Positions 1 through 9,254 of a stretch of DNA of 64,000 nucleotides are shown piece after piece. The notes under the pieces were generated by a model. It had not been told where the DNA came from and did no database searches. It saw nothing but the letters and a program-made list of their open reading frames with translations. Position numbers and translations under genes: made by a program. The DNA is taken from contig JAQTXZ010000002.1 in the NCBI GenBank assembly GCA_028688515.1, positions 25,791 to 89,790 on the forward strand, given 5' to 3'. Origin of the DNA: Patescibacteria group bacterium. Its GTDB lineage: Bacteria; Patescibacteriota; Patescibacteriia; 2-12-FULL-60-25. Every line of letters starts with the position of its first letter. Positions within the stretch are counted from its first letter, which is position 1.

Positions 1-195
1 TTGACTGCACGCGCCGCTCTCACGACCAAAGATGAAGTCTGGAGCTTGGTGCACGACAGATTGGACGCGAAATTCGCCGTGATTGACGAAGATCGCTGGC
101 CTGATTTAGCCAAGATTTTTGCCCAAGATAAGCGATATATCAAGATTGGCGAAGGCGGCGGCGGTATTGCATACAGAGTCGAGGATCAACCCTGA
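1..195 (+). CDS. 3' end of a hypothetical protein (5'-truncated by window edge)
   Basis: Frame is open from position 1 to TGA at 193-195. Third codon positions are GC-rich. No recognisable motif. Confidence 0.35.
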   Translation: MTARAALTTKDEVWSLVHDRLDAKFAVIDEDRWPDLAKIFAQDKRYIKIGEGGGGIAYRVEDQP

Positions 196-208
196 AGTTC
201 TCGAGGGG

Positions 209-237
209 TTGACAAATTCGCAATTTTGTGCTATGTT
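209..237 (+). promoter_or_regulatory. sigma70-type promoter (TTGACA-17-TATGTT, extended -10 TGTGC)
   Basis: TTGACA at 209-214, 17-nt spacer ending TTTTGTGC, TATGTT at 232-237. One of four near-identical boxes (4023, 24719, 40142). Confidence 0.6.
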
Positions 238-342
238 GACGTGTTCTTTGGCTGAAAAGTCAAGAACGAAATCAACAACGCACGTCGACAAATCCCCTCG
301 TAGCTCGAAGAGCGAAGTGGGGTAGAGAAAGGACTAGACATA

Positions 343-1203
343 ATGGCGGCACCGAAGACGGCAGCACCGAAGAAGCATGTCTTGTTGGGATTCGTTGAAG
401 AGGCAGCGGAGTTTGCAACCGGCGTGGTTGCCGGCAGCGCGTTCTCGAGCATCCTCCGAGCCGGCGCATCAGGTCTGATTCGCGGTCTGAAGGGCGGTAT
501 GTTCGAAAAGCTCTTCGGCGGCACGCGTGCCAAGACCGAAGAGGCGAAGGCGGAAGACCTGGCGAAAGCGCCCAAAGATCTCGCCAAGGCGATCGAGAAC
601 GCGAGTGGTGATGCCAAGTTGGGTCAGTTGGCCCAGGAGCATCTCACCAACACGATCGCGATTCAGGTAAGCGGTCGTTCCGAGGCTGACAAGGCCAAGG
701 CGATTGAAGACGAGAAGGCTCGTTACAAGGCCGCGATCAACGAGTATCTGCTTGGCAAGAGCAAGCAGAGCATACAAAACATGATGGCCGAGCTCGCGGA
801 CATAGATGCGGACGCCGTTAGAATTGCTGCAAAGAATTTCAGAACGGCAGGTCGTGAGACCTATCGTGGGGATTTCTTTCAGTGGCTGTTCAACGAACTT
901 TCGCCCTCGCAGCGCGAGATCGTGCTTGCACGTCGTGACAAAATCACGACGGCTCGCATCATCACGGACATGCTGGACTTCAGCGAGAATTTCGCGGAGA
1001 GGTTCCAGTATCTCTCGTTTACGTTGGGCGACCCTGATTGGAAAGGAACACTCAACGAGTTGGCGCGTGCCGCGATGCACGGCTGTCTCGAAGATCATCC
1101 AGCCTATGTGGCGCTCAATGAGGCTTCGTCGCGTAACGTCGCGAGTCGCGAAGATCAAGCAGAGCTGATTGAACGCGGTTTTCGCAACCGCCGCAACATA
1201 TGA
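343..1203 (+). CDS. hypothetical protein with Ala/Lys-rich N-terminus
   Basis: 286-aa ORF in a GC-rich block with high GC3 in this frame. The antisense ORF 469..1485 looks like a shadow. No motif recognised. Confidence 0.6.
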   Translation: MAAPKTAAPKKHVLLGFVEEAAEFATGVVAGSAFSSILRAGASGLIRGLKGGMFEKLFGGTRAKTEEAKAEDLAKAPKDLAKAIENASGDAKLGQLAQEHLTNTIAIQVSGRSEADKAKAIEDEKARYKAAINEYLLGKSKQSIQNMMAELADIDADAVRIAAKNFRTAGRETYRGDFFQWLFNELSPSQREIVLARRDKITTARIITDMLDFSENFAERFQYLSFTLGDPDWKGTLNELARAAMHGCLEDHPAYVALNEASSRNVASREDQAELIERGFRNRRNI

Positions 1204-1219
1204 ATGAAAGGAGGGTCCC

Positions 1220-3175
1220 ATGGACCTATTGGGGTTTTTCGTTTGGGCGTTCATCATTCTCTTCCCGCCGCTTGCTCTGCGCGAGCAGATCCAGCAAGCC
1301 GGCATCGACATCGAGACGTTTCTGACCAACCAGGTTCCCTGGCGAATCAAGCAGCTCAAGTCGTTCTTCGTCGGACGGCTTGTTGTGCTCTCGCTCCTGA
1401 TCCTCGTGGTCAACGGAGTGTGGGCGTACACGCTGTTCCGCATGGAGCCACAGATCGCGCAAGACGCGATTCTGATGAGCATCATCGGTTACACGACGCT
1501 GATGCAGCTTGTGTTCGCGGCGTGGAACTTCACCAACGGACGTCTACGCTATCGTCCGATTGTCGGGGTGACTGTCGAACAGCGAACAGCTGCAACTTCG
1601 GCCATGGCGCAGGCGCAGGCGAGCAGGGAAACGTCCACTCGCTTGGATGCGTTGTACCAGTCGCAGTTGGACGAGTACAACCATGTGACGCCTCCGCCTG
1701 CCGCATTGGTGCTGGCGGCTCTGGCTGCCGGTGCTGCGCATGTGCGAAGGGCCGAAGCCTATGGTGAGGCAGCCGATGCCAACGCCGAAGTGCGCCGCAC
1801 CAGCAGAGTGCTGGCGTGTTCCGTGGCCGTGAAAGAATCGCTGGAGCGTGTCGCGCGCATCAGGGCAGTGGTTCCTCATCCCGTGCTTGATGCGAACTTC
1901 AATACAATACGCGACAATGTCATGCTTGCAGATCGGGCGGCGGAAGCTGCCTTGGTCGAGCAAGACAACCGCGTATTCGTCTGGGGTCCATTCGGCACGC
2001 GCTGGAGCAGGCCGGACATCTGGCTCGCTTCGGTCATCTTGTCTATGCTTGCCATGGGCATGTACGTTCACGTCTACGCTGTGGTCGTCGAAGACCGATG
2101 GCTGGCCGTGATGAGCTACGTTCCGTTCGCGCTTTGCTTCCTCATGACGCGGATCTCGGCTGAGGTGCTCGCCTGGTTGGTGCTCAAAGGCACCAAGCTG
2201 GCCGAGTTCATCTTGACCAAGACGGCGCAGCTGGCGGTTGCGGTGCTCCCGGGCAATACGCTCGCAACGGTGCAAGGTACGGTGAACATCAACATCCTCG
2301 AGGAGGACAAGAACGCCGCTGCCATCAAGGAGTGGGTCAACCTCTCCGCGGTGTTGGTAGCCCCGTACGCGGTGATCGTGTTCTGGGTCACCTGCCCGCT
2401 CGTATCCGTCATCATGGGTTCCATGACCGTGATCGGTGCTATCTTTGGACTGCTCTACATCACTCGCGGCAAAAAGACCGAGGTTGATGAGAACACCACT
2501 AAGACAATCGGCCACTTCTGGAAGTACGGCAAGCTGGCGACAGCTGTCGTGTTCCTTCTGGGAGCGTCGGTCGAGTGGGATGGGTTCATGAATCGGATCG
2601 CGGGCATCACGCCGATGATCACCGTTCCCGGGCTCGTGCGCTGGTATCTGCTCTTTGCGCTGCTCTCACTCATCGTGATGTGGGCGGCGTGGAAGGCGGC
2701 GAATGCGCTGAAGGGCAAGGCGGAAAAGGTGTTCAAGCCGATGGCCGCTGTTGCCGGCGCGATCGCGTTGCTCTTGATTATCGCACCTGCGGCACGTGCT
2801 GCGGCCGGCGGTCAGGAATCCTTCCAGCTCTCTGCGAGGAGCGGGCAGGACGCGGAAAAGCCGGTTGGGATGACGTTCCCCATCGTGACCTACGAGCCGA
2901 TGGTCAACGGCCACGAACAACTCGTCATCACGTTCTACTCCAAGGCGCGTCAGGCCAAGGGAGTGGTCGAGTTTGACCCCGCACTCGCGGCACAGCTCGG
3001 CGTTGAGCGGCAGGTGATGGTCAAGACGTACAGCGGGTACGTCGACTGCGGCGACGAACGTTGCCGCCAACACGAGGTCAGGATTCCTGAACTCAAATCG
3101 CGTCCGCATGGAACCTTTAAGGTGATCATGCGACGTCTTCTCACAACCGAGGTGGGCGAGGAGGTCGTCCTTTAG
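1220..3175 (+). CDS. large polytopic membrane protein, unknown function
   Basis: 651 aa. SD AAAGGAGGG lies 6 nt before the ATG, 17 nt after the upstream stop. Many hydrophobic helices (e.g. FFVWAFIILFPPLAL, LVVLSLLILVV, YAVIVFWVTCPLVSVIMG) and a soluble C-terminal domain. Confidence 0.7.
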   Translation: MDLLGFFVWAFIILFPPLALREQIQQAGIDIETFLTNQVPWRIKQLKSFFVGRLVVLSLLILVVNGVWAYTLFRMEPQIAQDAILMSIIGYTTLMQLVFAAWNFTNGRLRYRPIVGVTVEQRTAATSAMAQAQASRETSTRLDALYQSQLDEYNHVTPPPAALVLAALAAGAAHVRRAEAYGEAADANAEVRRTSRVLACSVAVKESLERVARIRAVVPHPVLDANFNTIRDNVMLADRAAEAALVEQDNRVFVWGPFGTRWSRPDIWLASVILSMLAMGMYVHVYAVVVEDRWLAVMSYVPFALCFLMTRISAEVLAWLVLKGTKLAEFILTKTAQLAVAVLPGNTLATVQGTVNINILEEDKNAAAIKEWVNLSAVLVAPYAVIVFWVTCPLVSVIMGSMTVIGAIFGLLYITRGKKTEVDENTTKTIGHFWKYGKLATAVVFLLGASVEWDGFMNRIAGITPMITVPGLVRWYLLFALLSLIVMWAAWKAANALKGKAEKVFKPMAAVAGAIALLLIIAPAARAAAGGQESFQLSARSGQDAEKPVGMTFPIVTYEPMVNGHEQLVITFYSKARQAKGVVEFDPALAAQLGVERQVMVKTYSGYVDCGDERCRQHEVRIPELKSRPHGTFKVIMRRLLTTEVGEEVVL

Positions 3176-3197
3176 CAGGTTTCGTTCTTACTTACTT

Positions 3198-3240
3198 AGG
3201 GCTCTCGATTGCGCAAGCGTTGAGGGCCCTCTTATTTTTC
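3198..3240 (+). terminator. putative intrinsic terminator
   Basis: Imperfect GC-rich hairpin AGGGCTCTC...GAGGGCCCT followed by CTTATTTTT. Confidence 0.4.
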
Positions 3241-3340
3241 AAAAAATAGCGGACCAAGCGGACTTGCGGACAAGGCGGAAAAAGTGCAAATACGCCTTGT
3301 CCGTTTGGTCCGTATCGTCCGTTTGGTCCGCGTAGTGAGG

Positions 3341-3369
3341 TTGACGCAAAGCGTGTTTAGTGGTATAGA
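3341..3369 (+). promoter_or_regulatory. sigma70-type promoter (TTGACG-17-TATAGA)
   Basis: TTGACG at 3341-3346, 17-nt spacer, TATAGA at 3364-3369, about 35 nt upstream of the 3403 ATG. Confidence 0.5.
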
Positions 3370-3402
3370 AAAGTCAGGCAAGAAACATGGAAGGAGAAAG
3401 CC

Positions 3403-3864
3403 ATGAGAATGTACATTTTGACACTAATCGTCGCGGTCGCGGTTCTCGCCGGCTGTACGGAAACGTTTACACGCAGAGCTGACGGGGTCGAGCGGTATCG
3501 CAGCCGCTCCACGAACTATGTCGTTGGCTCAGAGACTGTGATCGAGACCAACGACCAGGTCTATCCGGTCGCGCAGGCCAAGTACGGCCAGATGCCGGGC
3601 AACCTTCAGGACGGGTTTGCCGTCGAAGAAGCCGTCGCGGTGCACCAGCGGACAATGGATAACACGCTCTACCCAAACGGCGTCGGAATGGGCTACAACG
3701 GCTGGGCAGGCGGAGCGCCTGCCGGTTATGGCTACCGGCCATACGTGCTATCGCCTCGGCCGATGTATATGCTCAACCGCGATCAGTACGGCAATTCCCG
3801 TCTGGTCCCTGCCCCGGTCTACTACAACCCCCAGACCAGCTACCCTCTGACCCTAAGATACTGA
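3403..3864 (+). CDS. lipoprotein with Tyr/Pro/Gly-rich C-terminal half
   Basis: Lipobox MRMYILTLIVAVAVLAGC. SD GGAAGGAG upstream. Confidence 0.7.
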   Translation: MRMYILTLIVAVAVLAGCTETFTRRADGVERYRSRSTNYVVGSETVIETNDQVYPVAQAKYGQMPGNLQDGFAVEEAVAVHQRTMDNTLYPNGVGMGYNGWAGGAPAGYGYRPYVLSPRPMYMLNRDQYGNSRLVPAPVYYNPQTSYPLTLRY

Positions 3865-3883
3865 CTTGAGGGTCTATTTTTTT
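3849..3883 (+). terminator. intrinsic terminator
   Basis: GACCCT...AGGGTC hairpin spanning the stop codon, followed by a T-run (TATTTTTTT). Confidence 0.6.
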
Positions 3884-4022
3884 GCTAAAATTAGAGTAAA
3901 AGAGCATAACTCACTCTAACTCTCTCTTACTCAAGAGAGCACCTCATCATCCTCGCGTTGTTGAGCTATTCAGAACCCTCTCTTGGGTAAGAGAGGGCAG
4001 GGTGAGTTAGGCTGTCCAACAG

Positions 4023-4051
4023 TTGACAAAATGGCTAATTTGTGCTATATT
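4023..4051 (+). promoter_or_regulatory. sigma70-type promoter (TTGACA-17-TATATT, extended -10)
   Basis: TTGACA at 4023-4028, spacer ending TTTGTGC, TATATT at 4046-4051. Confidence 0.6.
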
Positions 4052-4190
4052 AGCCAGTCAACTTGGAGGCTCAAAAGGCATCCAAATGGCCTCGTTAAGC
4101 TGTAATCATTCAGCCAAACGAGCGCTCCTCGACAAACAAGGGATAAACCCTCGGCCAGGCCGAGGTAAACAATTCACCGGAGGTTTCGTC

Positions 4191-4649
4191 ATGCTCACCA
4201 ACACCTGTCGTCTGTTGTCTGTTGCCTGCTGTCTGCTGTCCGTCATCTTCGCCGGTTGCCACCAGAATGCGCCTCGGACGTCGCACAGTGTCGTCGACAT
4301 CCAGGGCAGGAAGTGCGAGGAGATGCGAACTCTTGTCGACAACGGCCGGAATCGTGACTTCGCATATTCCTACAACTGCGAAGGCGGTGGTCCGCCGTTG
4401 GGTTACATGGCGGCGACTCCGTACATGCAACCCTTCCCGCTCGTAACTCGAGCGCAAGCGGCACTGCTGAACGCGCCGTACAACCCGCCTGACGAAGTTT
4501 GTCAGGACGTGACATACAAGGAGGACGGACAGCCGAAGTTCACTGTTCCGTCGTGGTGCGTCCAGGCGAACACGATCCGCAACACACAGACTCAACCTCT
4601 AGTTCAACCGACGTCGCGCAAGAGCGCACGTGTAAGGAGTTCCCGATGA
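4191..4649 (+). CDS. lipoprotein
   Basis: Internal ATG at 4191 is preceded by CCGGAGG. Lipobox LLSVIFAGC. The longer TTG-started ORF (4023) would begin inside the promoter box. Confidence 0.6.
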   Translation: MLTNTCRLLSVACCLLSVIFAGCHQNAPRTSHSVVDIQGRKCEEMRTLVDNGRNRDFAYSYNCEGGGPPLGYMAATPYMQPFPLVTRAQAALLNAPYNPPDEVCQDVTYKEDGQPKFTVPSWCVQANTIRNTQTQPLVQPTSRKSARVRSSR

Positions 4650-5443
4650 AAAAGTACATCACGTGCATTGCGTACATCACGTTCATCGCGTTGGTTGCTG
4701 GTTGCGGTCAGGGTGCGATGCGATCCCCGGAGCTGCCAGAGTATGAGCCGTTGCAGCAGGCTCTGCCGCAGACGCAGACAACTTCGACTTCGGAGACGAT
4801 CGTGACCGGTGAGAATGTACCGCGTCAACCTCCGCCGCCGCCCGTTGTGACTCGTGAGTACGGCGATCCGTACTCCAGGTTTCCCGTCGAGTTGAAAGCG
4901 CACGATAACATGTGCGTGCAGGTGTACAACACGACGGCATTCTTCGTCTGCGCGATCTCGCCGACGTACGGAAACGGCATTCCCGTTTTCCGACTGCGTT
5001 ACGGCAATTACGCGCAGGATTTCCTTCCGGTACATCCGGAGTGGAAGGAAGTGCAATGTAACGCCGTGATCGTGCCGAATGAAACCGGCACGGATGACGG
5101 CGCACCCGAGGCATGGTTCGTCGCTGCGCATCCGGGGACGTACAGGATGATCTTCAAGATGTACACGGACGACGGAAACGGTCCGCAGTACACGGGGATC
5201 ACCAAGTCGAGCGAGGCTTGGGCATTTCCGAATGTCCACGCTTTGGACAGAACGTGCCCCAGTTGGTTCCGGCTCGGGTGCTTGCGCCACTATCCGGTGC
5301 GCGCTTCGCTCGAAGACAAGTCAGCCGGTGGTGCCTACGCTTACGTCCTGTTCCAGGACGGGCCCGGCAGCGTCGACGTGCTGTCTATGTTCGATCCCGC
5401 TCTGTCCTCGGCGCTCGCCGATGGATTCCTCGCGATGCGGTGA
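4646..5443 (+). CDS. lipoprotein
   Basis: ATG at 4646 overlaps the upstream TGA (ATGA). SD TAAGGAG. Lipobox ITFIALVAGC. Confidence 0.7.
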   Translation: MKKYITCIAYITFIALVAGCGQGAMRSPELPEYEPLQQALPQTQTTSTSETIVTGENVPRQPPPPPVVTREYGDPYSRFPVELKAHDNMCVQVYNTTAFFVCAISPTYGNGIPVFRLRYGNYAQDFLPVHPEWKEVQCNAVIVPNETGTDDGAPEAWFVAAHPGTYRMIFKMYTDDGNGPQYTGITKSSEAWAFPNVHALDRTCPSWFRLGCLRHYPVRASLEDKSAGGAYAYVLFQDGPGSVDVLSMFDPALSSALADGFLAMR

Positions 5444-5474
5444 GCAGGCTTGGCCTGCATCTTCACCCCGTCGC

Positions 5475-5512
5475 AAGCCGCGTAACTCGTTCTGAGTTAC
5501 GCGGCTTTTCAG
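5475..5512 (+). terminator. intrinsic terminator
   Basis: GCCGCGTAACTC-gttc-GAGTTACGCGGC hairpin followed by TTTTCAGTTTT. Confidence 0.6.
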
Positions 5513-5753
5513 TTTTAAAATAATATTCAGGTATCCCTCGGGATTCGGTTTTTGGGGTTCGGGTGATGAAATAGAAATCCCCCGTATGTACGGACAGGTC
5601 GAGACCTGTCTATACACACGGGGGATTACCTCCTACCGGATCAACAAGGCTTTTAACGTTGTTGAACGATCGCCGCCAAGCATGGGTGCGGCGAACGCAT
5701 CATTTTTCTCATGCCGCGAGATTATCGTCAATAGAGAACGGTGGATAAAATTT

Positions 5754-5843
5754 ATAATTAAGAATTATGAATTAAGAATTATGAATTTTGGAAGTGACAT
5801 TCGATATTCGATATTCAGCGAAGCGGATATTCGATATTCGACG
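5754..5843 (+). repeat. composite AT-rich repeat element: (AATTAAGAATTATGAATT)n + (GATATTCAGCGAAGCGGATATTC)n
   Basis: Same two-part element in inverted orientation at 13798-13911. Partial copies at 13219-13255, 22751-22806 and 36691-36723. Confidence 0.85.
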
Positions 5844-7568
5844 TCAGATTGAGAGCGGCGGTTTTGGTTCATTGTTGTTCACTTCGTTTGTACGTTGTGA
5901 CAATCCTCTGTCATCCTGCGACAGTCCGTCTTTGGAGGAAGCGGAGTCCGACGAAGTCGAAGGATCTGGATCAACTTTAATCAAATTCTCCGGTTCGTGC
6001 GCACTCGGATCATCTATTTTTTTATTCATGTCCGCAAAATTTATTTTTTTACCCAAACCCATACCCATCAGCGGCACCGTTGGCGATGAACTTGATAAAT
6101 CTTTCGAACGTTCGGGCAAAGTCGGCGTCTCTTGCCACTTAAAAATTATGAATCCGATGATGGCCAAGACTATCAGTGCGAGAATAGAAAGCAATATCAC
6201 TTGCGAGCCAAAAGACAAGTGTGGAAGTTTGTTCAGAATGCCGTTTATCGTCGATGACGCGGATGATGCAAATGAACTCGATGCCTTTTGCGGTGATTGG
6301 GTTTGATTGTTTGCAACATTCATCGGTTCGGTGCCTGCAAATCTGCCGTCCCACTGTGCGAGAAGCCGTCGGTCATTGGCAGAAAGCCTGTTGTCACCGT
6401 ACGGATCAGTATTGGTGATGTTGTTTGGATCATCCTGCAAACTGTTTTCGCCTTTTTGCGCAGCCAACTTTCGCAAAAACTGAAAATGCTTGTCGAGCGT
6501 AGATTGTACGGCAGATGACCTTTGATCAATCGGCATGGCAAGCAATTTAGCAACGGCGCCGCGATAACGTTCGGGGCGTTGTTGCATTGCGATGCACGCG
6601 GCGTTATCCCCTTGAGGGACTTGAAAACTTGCGCTGTAAAGCTCCATAGCCTGCATGTTTTGTTTATCGCCCTGCAGGGACGAAAGAATGCCGACTGAAA
6701 TCGTTTCGTACATGTTGTTCCACCAGGTTGCAAGCGGCAATACCTCTCCGTGGCATGGCGTCAGATCCAAAAGAGCGCGATGTAGTTCGATGTAGGCTTG
6801 AGGATTGGTATTATTGGCGCGCCACGCGTCCAAACCCTGTTCGTAATACGCCATGTTTTCCAAATTTGCCAATTGCCAAAAGACATCCGGTGCGGCCTGT
6901 AAATCTTTTTCGTTGAAAGTCCAAGACGTGTTTTTGCCGGAGTAAATAATTGGAATCATCGTCGGGTCGGCTTTAAGTTCGCGTAAAGCCACGTTCCAAT
7001 TGGCTGTTGTAAATGCAAAAAATGCCTCAATAGTTCCTGTGTTTATGTTTCCCGACCAGGCACGTCCGGTTTGAAATGCAAAAGGCACATTGTCTCCCGC
7101 AAGCGGCTGCAGCGCACGAACGTCCACGATGGCGTCAGCATCTTTTGCGACAGTCAAATTAAAAGAAACGGATGAAATCGGACTCGTAACGCCGAAATAA
7201 TTTTTATTTCGCATTTTACCAATAGGTTGCTCTCTGCCATTGACGTATATCGTCGTGATAACGGGAACTTCGTCTTCCGGCCCCGGGGTCGGGATCGAGA
7301 CCTCGATGTTTTGCGTCGCTGCAGGATTATGTAAACGATAAGTCATCTGCACGGGCACTGCTTGCGCACTTTTGCCTGTACCAATTTGATCAAAACGATA
7401 TGTTACGCGCATCTCGGCAACCTCGATGGGAGATTTTAGCCCGGTACCGATCATACCAAGCTGCATCAATGGCAAGCTCGTTTCCTGTGCTTTGACGGGC
7501 AGTGTGGATGCTGCTGTCAGTCCCAGCGTGAAGATGGAACAGATAAGGGCGGTGAGGATTTTTTTCAT
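5844..7568 (-). CDS. secreted, C-terminally anchored hypothetical protein
   Basis: Signal peptide MKKILTALICSIFTLGLTAASTLPVKAQ. C-terminal TM helix ILLSILALIVLAIIGFIIF followed by a Ser/Asp/Pro-rich tail. Confidence 0.7.
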   Translation of the reverse strand: MKKILTALICSIFTLGLTAASTLPVKAQETSLPLMQLGMIGTGLKSPIEVAEMRVTYRFDQIGTGKSAQAVPVQMTYRLHNPAATQNIEVSIPTPGPEDEVPVITTIYVNGREQPIGKMRNKNYFGVTSPISSVSFNLTVAKDADAIVDVRALQPLAGDNVPFAFQTGRAWSGNINTGTIEAFFAFTTANWNVALRELKADPTMIPIIYSGKNTSWTFNEKDLQAAPDVFWQLANLENMAYYEQGLDAWRANNTNPQAYIELHRALLDLTPCHGEVLPLATWWNNMYETISVGILSSLQGDKQNMQAMELYSASFQVPQGDNAACIAMQQRPERYRGAVAKLLAMPIDQRSSAVQSTLDKHFQFLRKLAAQKGENSLQDDPNNITNTDPYGDNRLSANDRRLLAQWDGRFAGTEPMNVANNQTQSPQKASSSFASSASSTINGILNKLPHLSFGSQVILLSILALIVLAIIGFIIFKWQETPTLPERSKDLSSSSPTVPLMGMGLGKKINFADMNKKIDDPSAHEPENLIKVDPDPSTSSDSASSKDGLSQDDRGLSQRTNEVNNNEPKPPLSI

Positions 7569-7728
7569 ATAAAAATAGGCAATGTTTATTGCCTACACTT
7601 TAGACTCAATGACCCAAAAGGGTCAATAACCAATAAATCAAGATTCCAATAATCCAACAAAACACAATTTGGTCATTGGTATTTGGCGTTTGGAATTTAT
7701 TTGGTTATTAGTGCTTGGTTATTGGAAT

Positions 7729-7917
7729 TTATTGGTTATCAGTGTCCCAAAGATTGGCTTCGGTTAGGGTTTTTTCGGCTAGATCCTCGGCTTCATCAAT
7801 ATCCATCATTTCATCCAAAATGAGATGGTTAATCATGGCCGCTCGGCACTCGGGCTTTGGTTTTACGGTGCCTTTTTCATCATAGCAAAGCTTGGTTAAT
7901 GTTTCTGGGGTGCTCAT
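7729..7917 (-). CDS. small acidic hypothetical protein
   Basis: First ATG (7917) downstream of a GTACAAC x3 tandem. The TTG-started 95-aa version begins inside a repeat. Confidence 0.45.
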   Translation of the reverse strand: MSTPETLTKLCYDEKGTVKPKPECRAAMINHLILDEMMDIDEAEDLAEKTLTEANLWDTDNQ

Positions 7918-8021
7918 ATTGAAAATATCGTACCACGTACAACGTACAACGTACAACGTTTGGAAAACCTCTGTCGCGTCAGACGCGACATCTCCTTTGC
8001 CAAGGAGAGGTTGCAAAGTGA

Positions 8022-8879
8022 CTACTCCCTAGGCAAAGGGAGGTAGGAGGGTTTTCGGGTTGCCGTCACGACGTTCGGTATCGGTGCGGAAGGGATTTCG
8101 AAAGTTTCGTCGTCTTTTTTGAATGACAATCCGGTCGAAGGGCCGCCATCCAAGTTGATAGCGATTTGGAATTTTTCAGGCTGATCCGCGATCCACTTTG
8201 CCGTTTCGTAAAGTGAAGTCGCGCCGCTTTCCGTTATGATTATAAAATTCGTACCGCCTGCATCTTGTGCCAAGATCGTGCGCCGCGCATATTTTTTGGA
8301 ATCTTCGCTGACCAAAGATTTTCCTTCGGCAAGCAAAGTCGGGTATGTTAAAAATGCTTGTTCATCATCTTTTGGTTTGTCTTGCGGATGAGCCGTCAAA
8401 TATGCGAGTTCCAACTTTCCGTCGTGCACGCGAGCCAGGCCGGAATAACTGGCAGGTTCATTTTGTTGTTCGCGGCTTGGCCACGTTTTTTCATTTATGA
8501 CATTTGGGCCGAAGTAATATCCCGAGGGTTGATAGTTCTCTTCAAAATAAGATCCGTTGATTACCAAATCCGCATCCAGCATCTCGCGCCACGCGCGGAC
8601 GGATTTTGGTTGCGTCGGGTCGTTGGCCAAAGACCACGCCCATTCGTCAGACTTAAACGGAATTACAATCAAACTGACTTTGCGGCCGTCCGCATAAGAG
8701 ATTTCGCGCCGTTCAAAGCCTGATGGGAGTTTTTGTTCATCGGCGATCTGCGAGTTAACCATCACTTGTCCGATGGGCATTGTTCGCGATTGATGGTCGG
8801 CCGTATTCGCAGTCGAACATCCTGCGCCAAACAGCGAAAGGATGATTAAAGTTGAACAGATGGGAACGGTGATGCGCAT
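8022..8879 (-). CDS. lipoprotein, phosphodiester glycosidase (DUF2233/NAGPA-like) family
   Basis: Lipobox LSLFGAGC. INGSYF and AINLDGGPSTGL motifs recalled from DUF2233-type proteins. Confidence 0.55.
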   Translation of the reverse strand: MRITVPICSTLIILSLFGAGCSTANTADHQSRTMPIGQVMVNSQIADEQKLPSGFERREISYADGRKVSLIVIPFKSDEWAWSLANDPTQPKSVRAWREMLDADLVINGSYFEENYQPSGYYFGPNVINEKTWPSREQQNEPASYSGLARVHDGKLELAYLTAHPQDKPKDDEQAFLTYPTLLAEGKSLVSEDSKKYARRTILAQDAGGTNFIIITESGATSLYETAKWIADQPEKFQIAINLDGGPSTGLSFKKDDETFEIPSAPIPNVVTATRKPSYLPLPRE

Positions 8880-8987
8880 AGTGGATTTTAAGTATGCAAT
8901 AAACGACGAAAAAAGTCATGCGGATACAAAACACCGTACGATGTACAGCCCCGTCAACTACTGGCGGAGCCATACACCATACGGTGT

Positions 8988-9078
<91 letters not shown>

Positions 9079-9214
9079 GTATTCAAATAACAATTAGCAA
9101 ATAACAATTAACAATTGTCGAGAGTCCGGATTGTTATTTTGACTAATTGCCCGCCAGTTTAGCCTAAAAGGCAGTTCTTGTCGAGTTGGTATGAGCGTAA
9201 GAGTTTTGATGTAT

Positions 9215-9242
9215 AAAAAATCCGGCCAGGTAGTTTGGCCGG
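9215..9242 (-). terminator. intrinsic terminator of the protease gene
   Basis: On the minus strand: CCGGCCAAACTACCTGGCCGG followed by ATTTTTT. Confidence 0.6.
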
Positions 9243-9254
9243 GGTGGTGTAGGG

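Noticed and set aside
469-1485. Long antisense or alternative-frame ORFs throughout the GC-rich blocks (e.g. 469..1485 -, 1544..2515 -, 4110..4595 -, 4604..5290 -, 9651..10286 +, 28735..29142 +, 29967..30416 +, 32659..33234 -).
   Set aside because: They overlap better-supported genes that have SD sites, signal peptides or lipoboxes, and G/C-rich third positions. Their products are Arg/Pro/Ala-rich. Long shadow ORFs are expected in GC-rich DNA.
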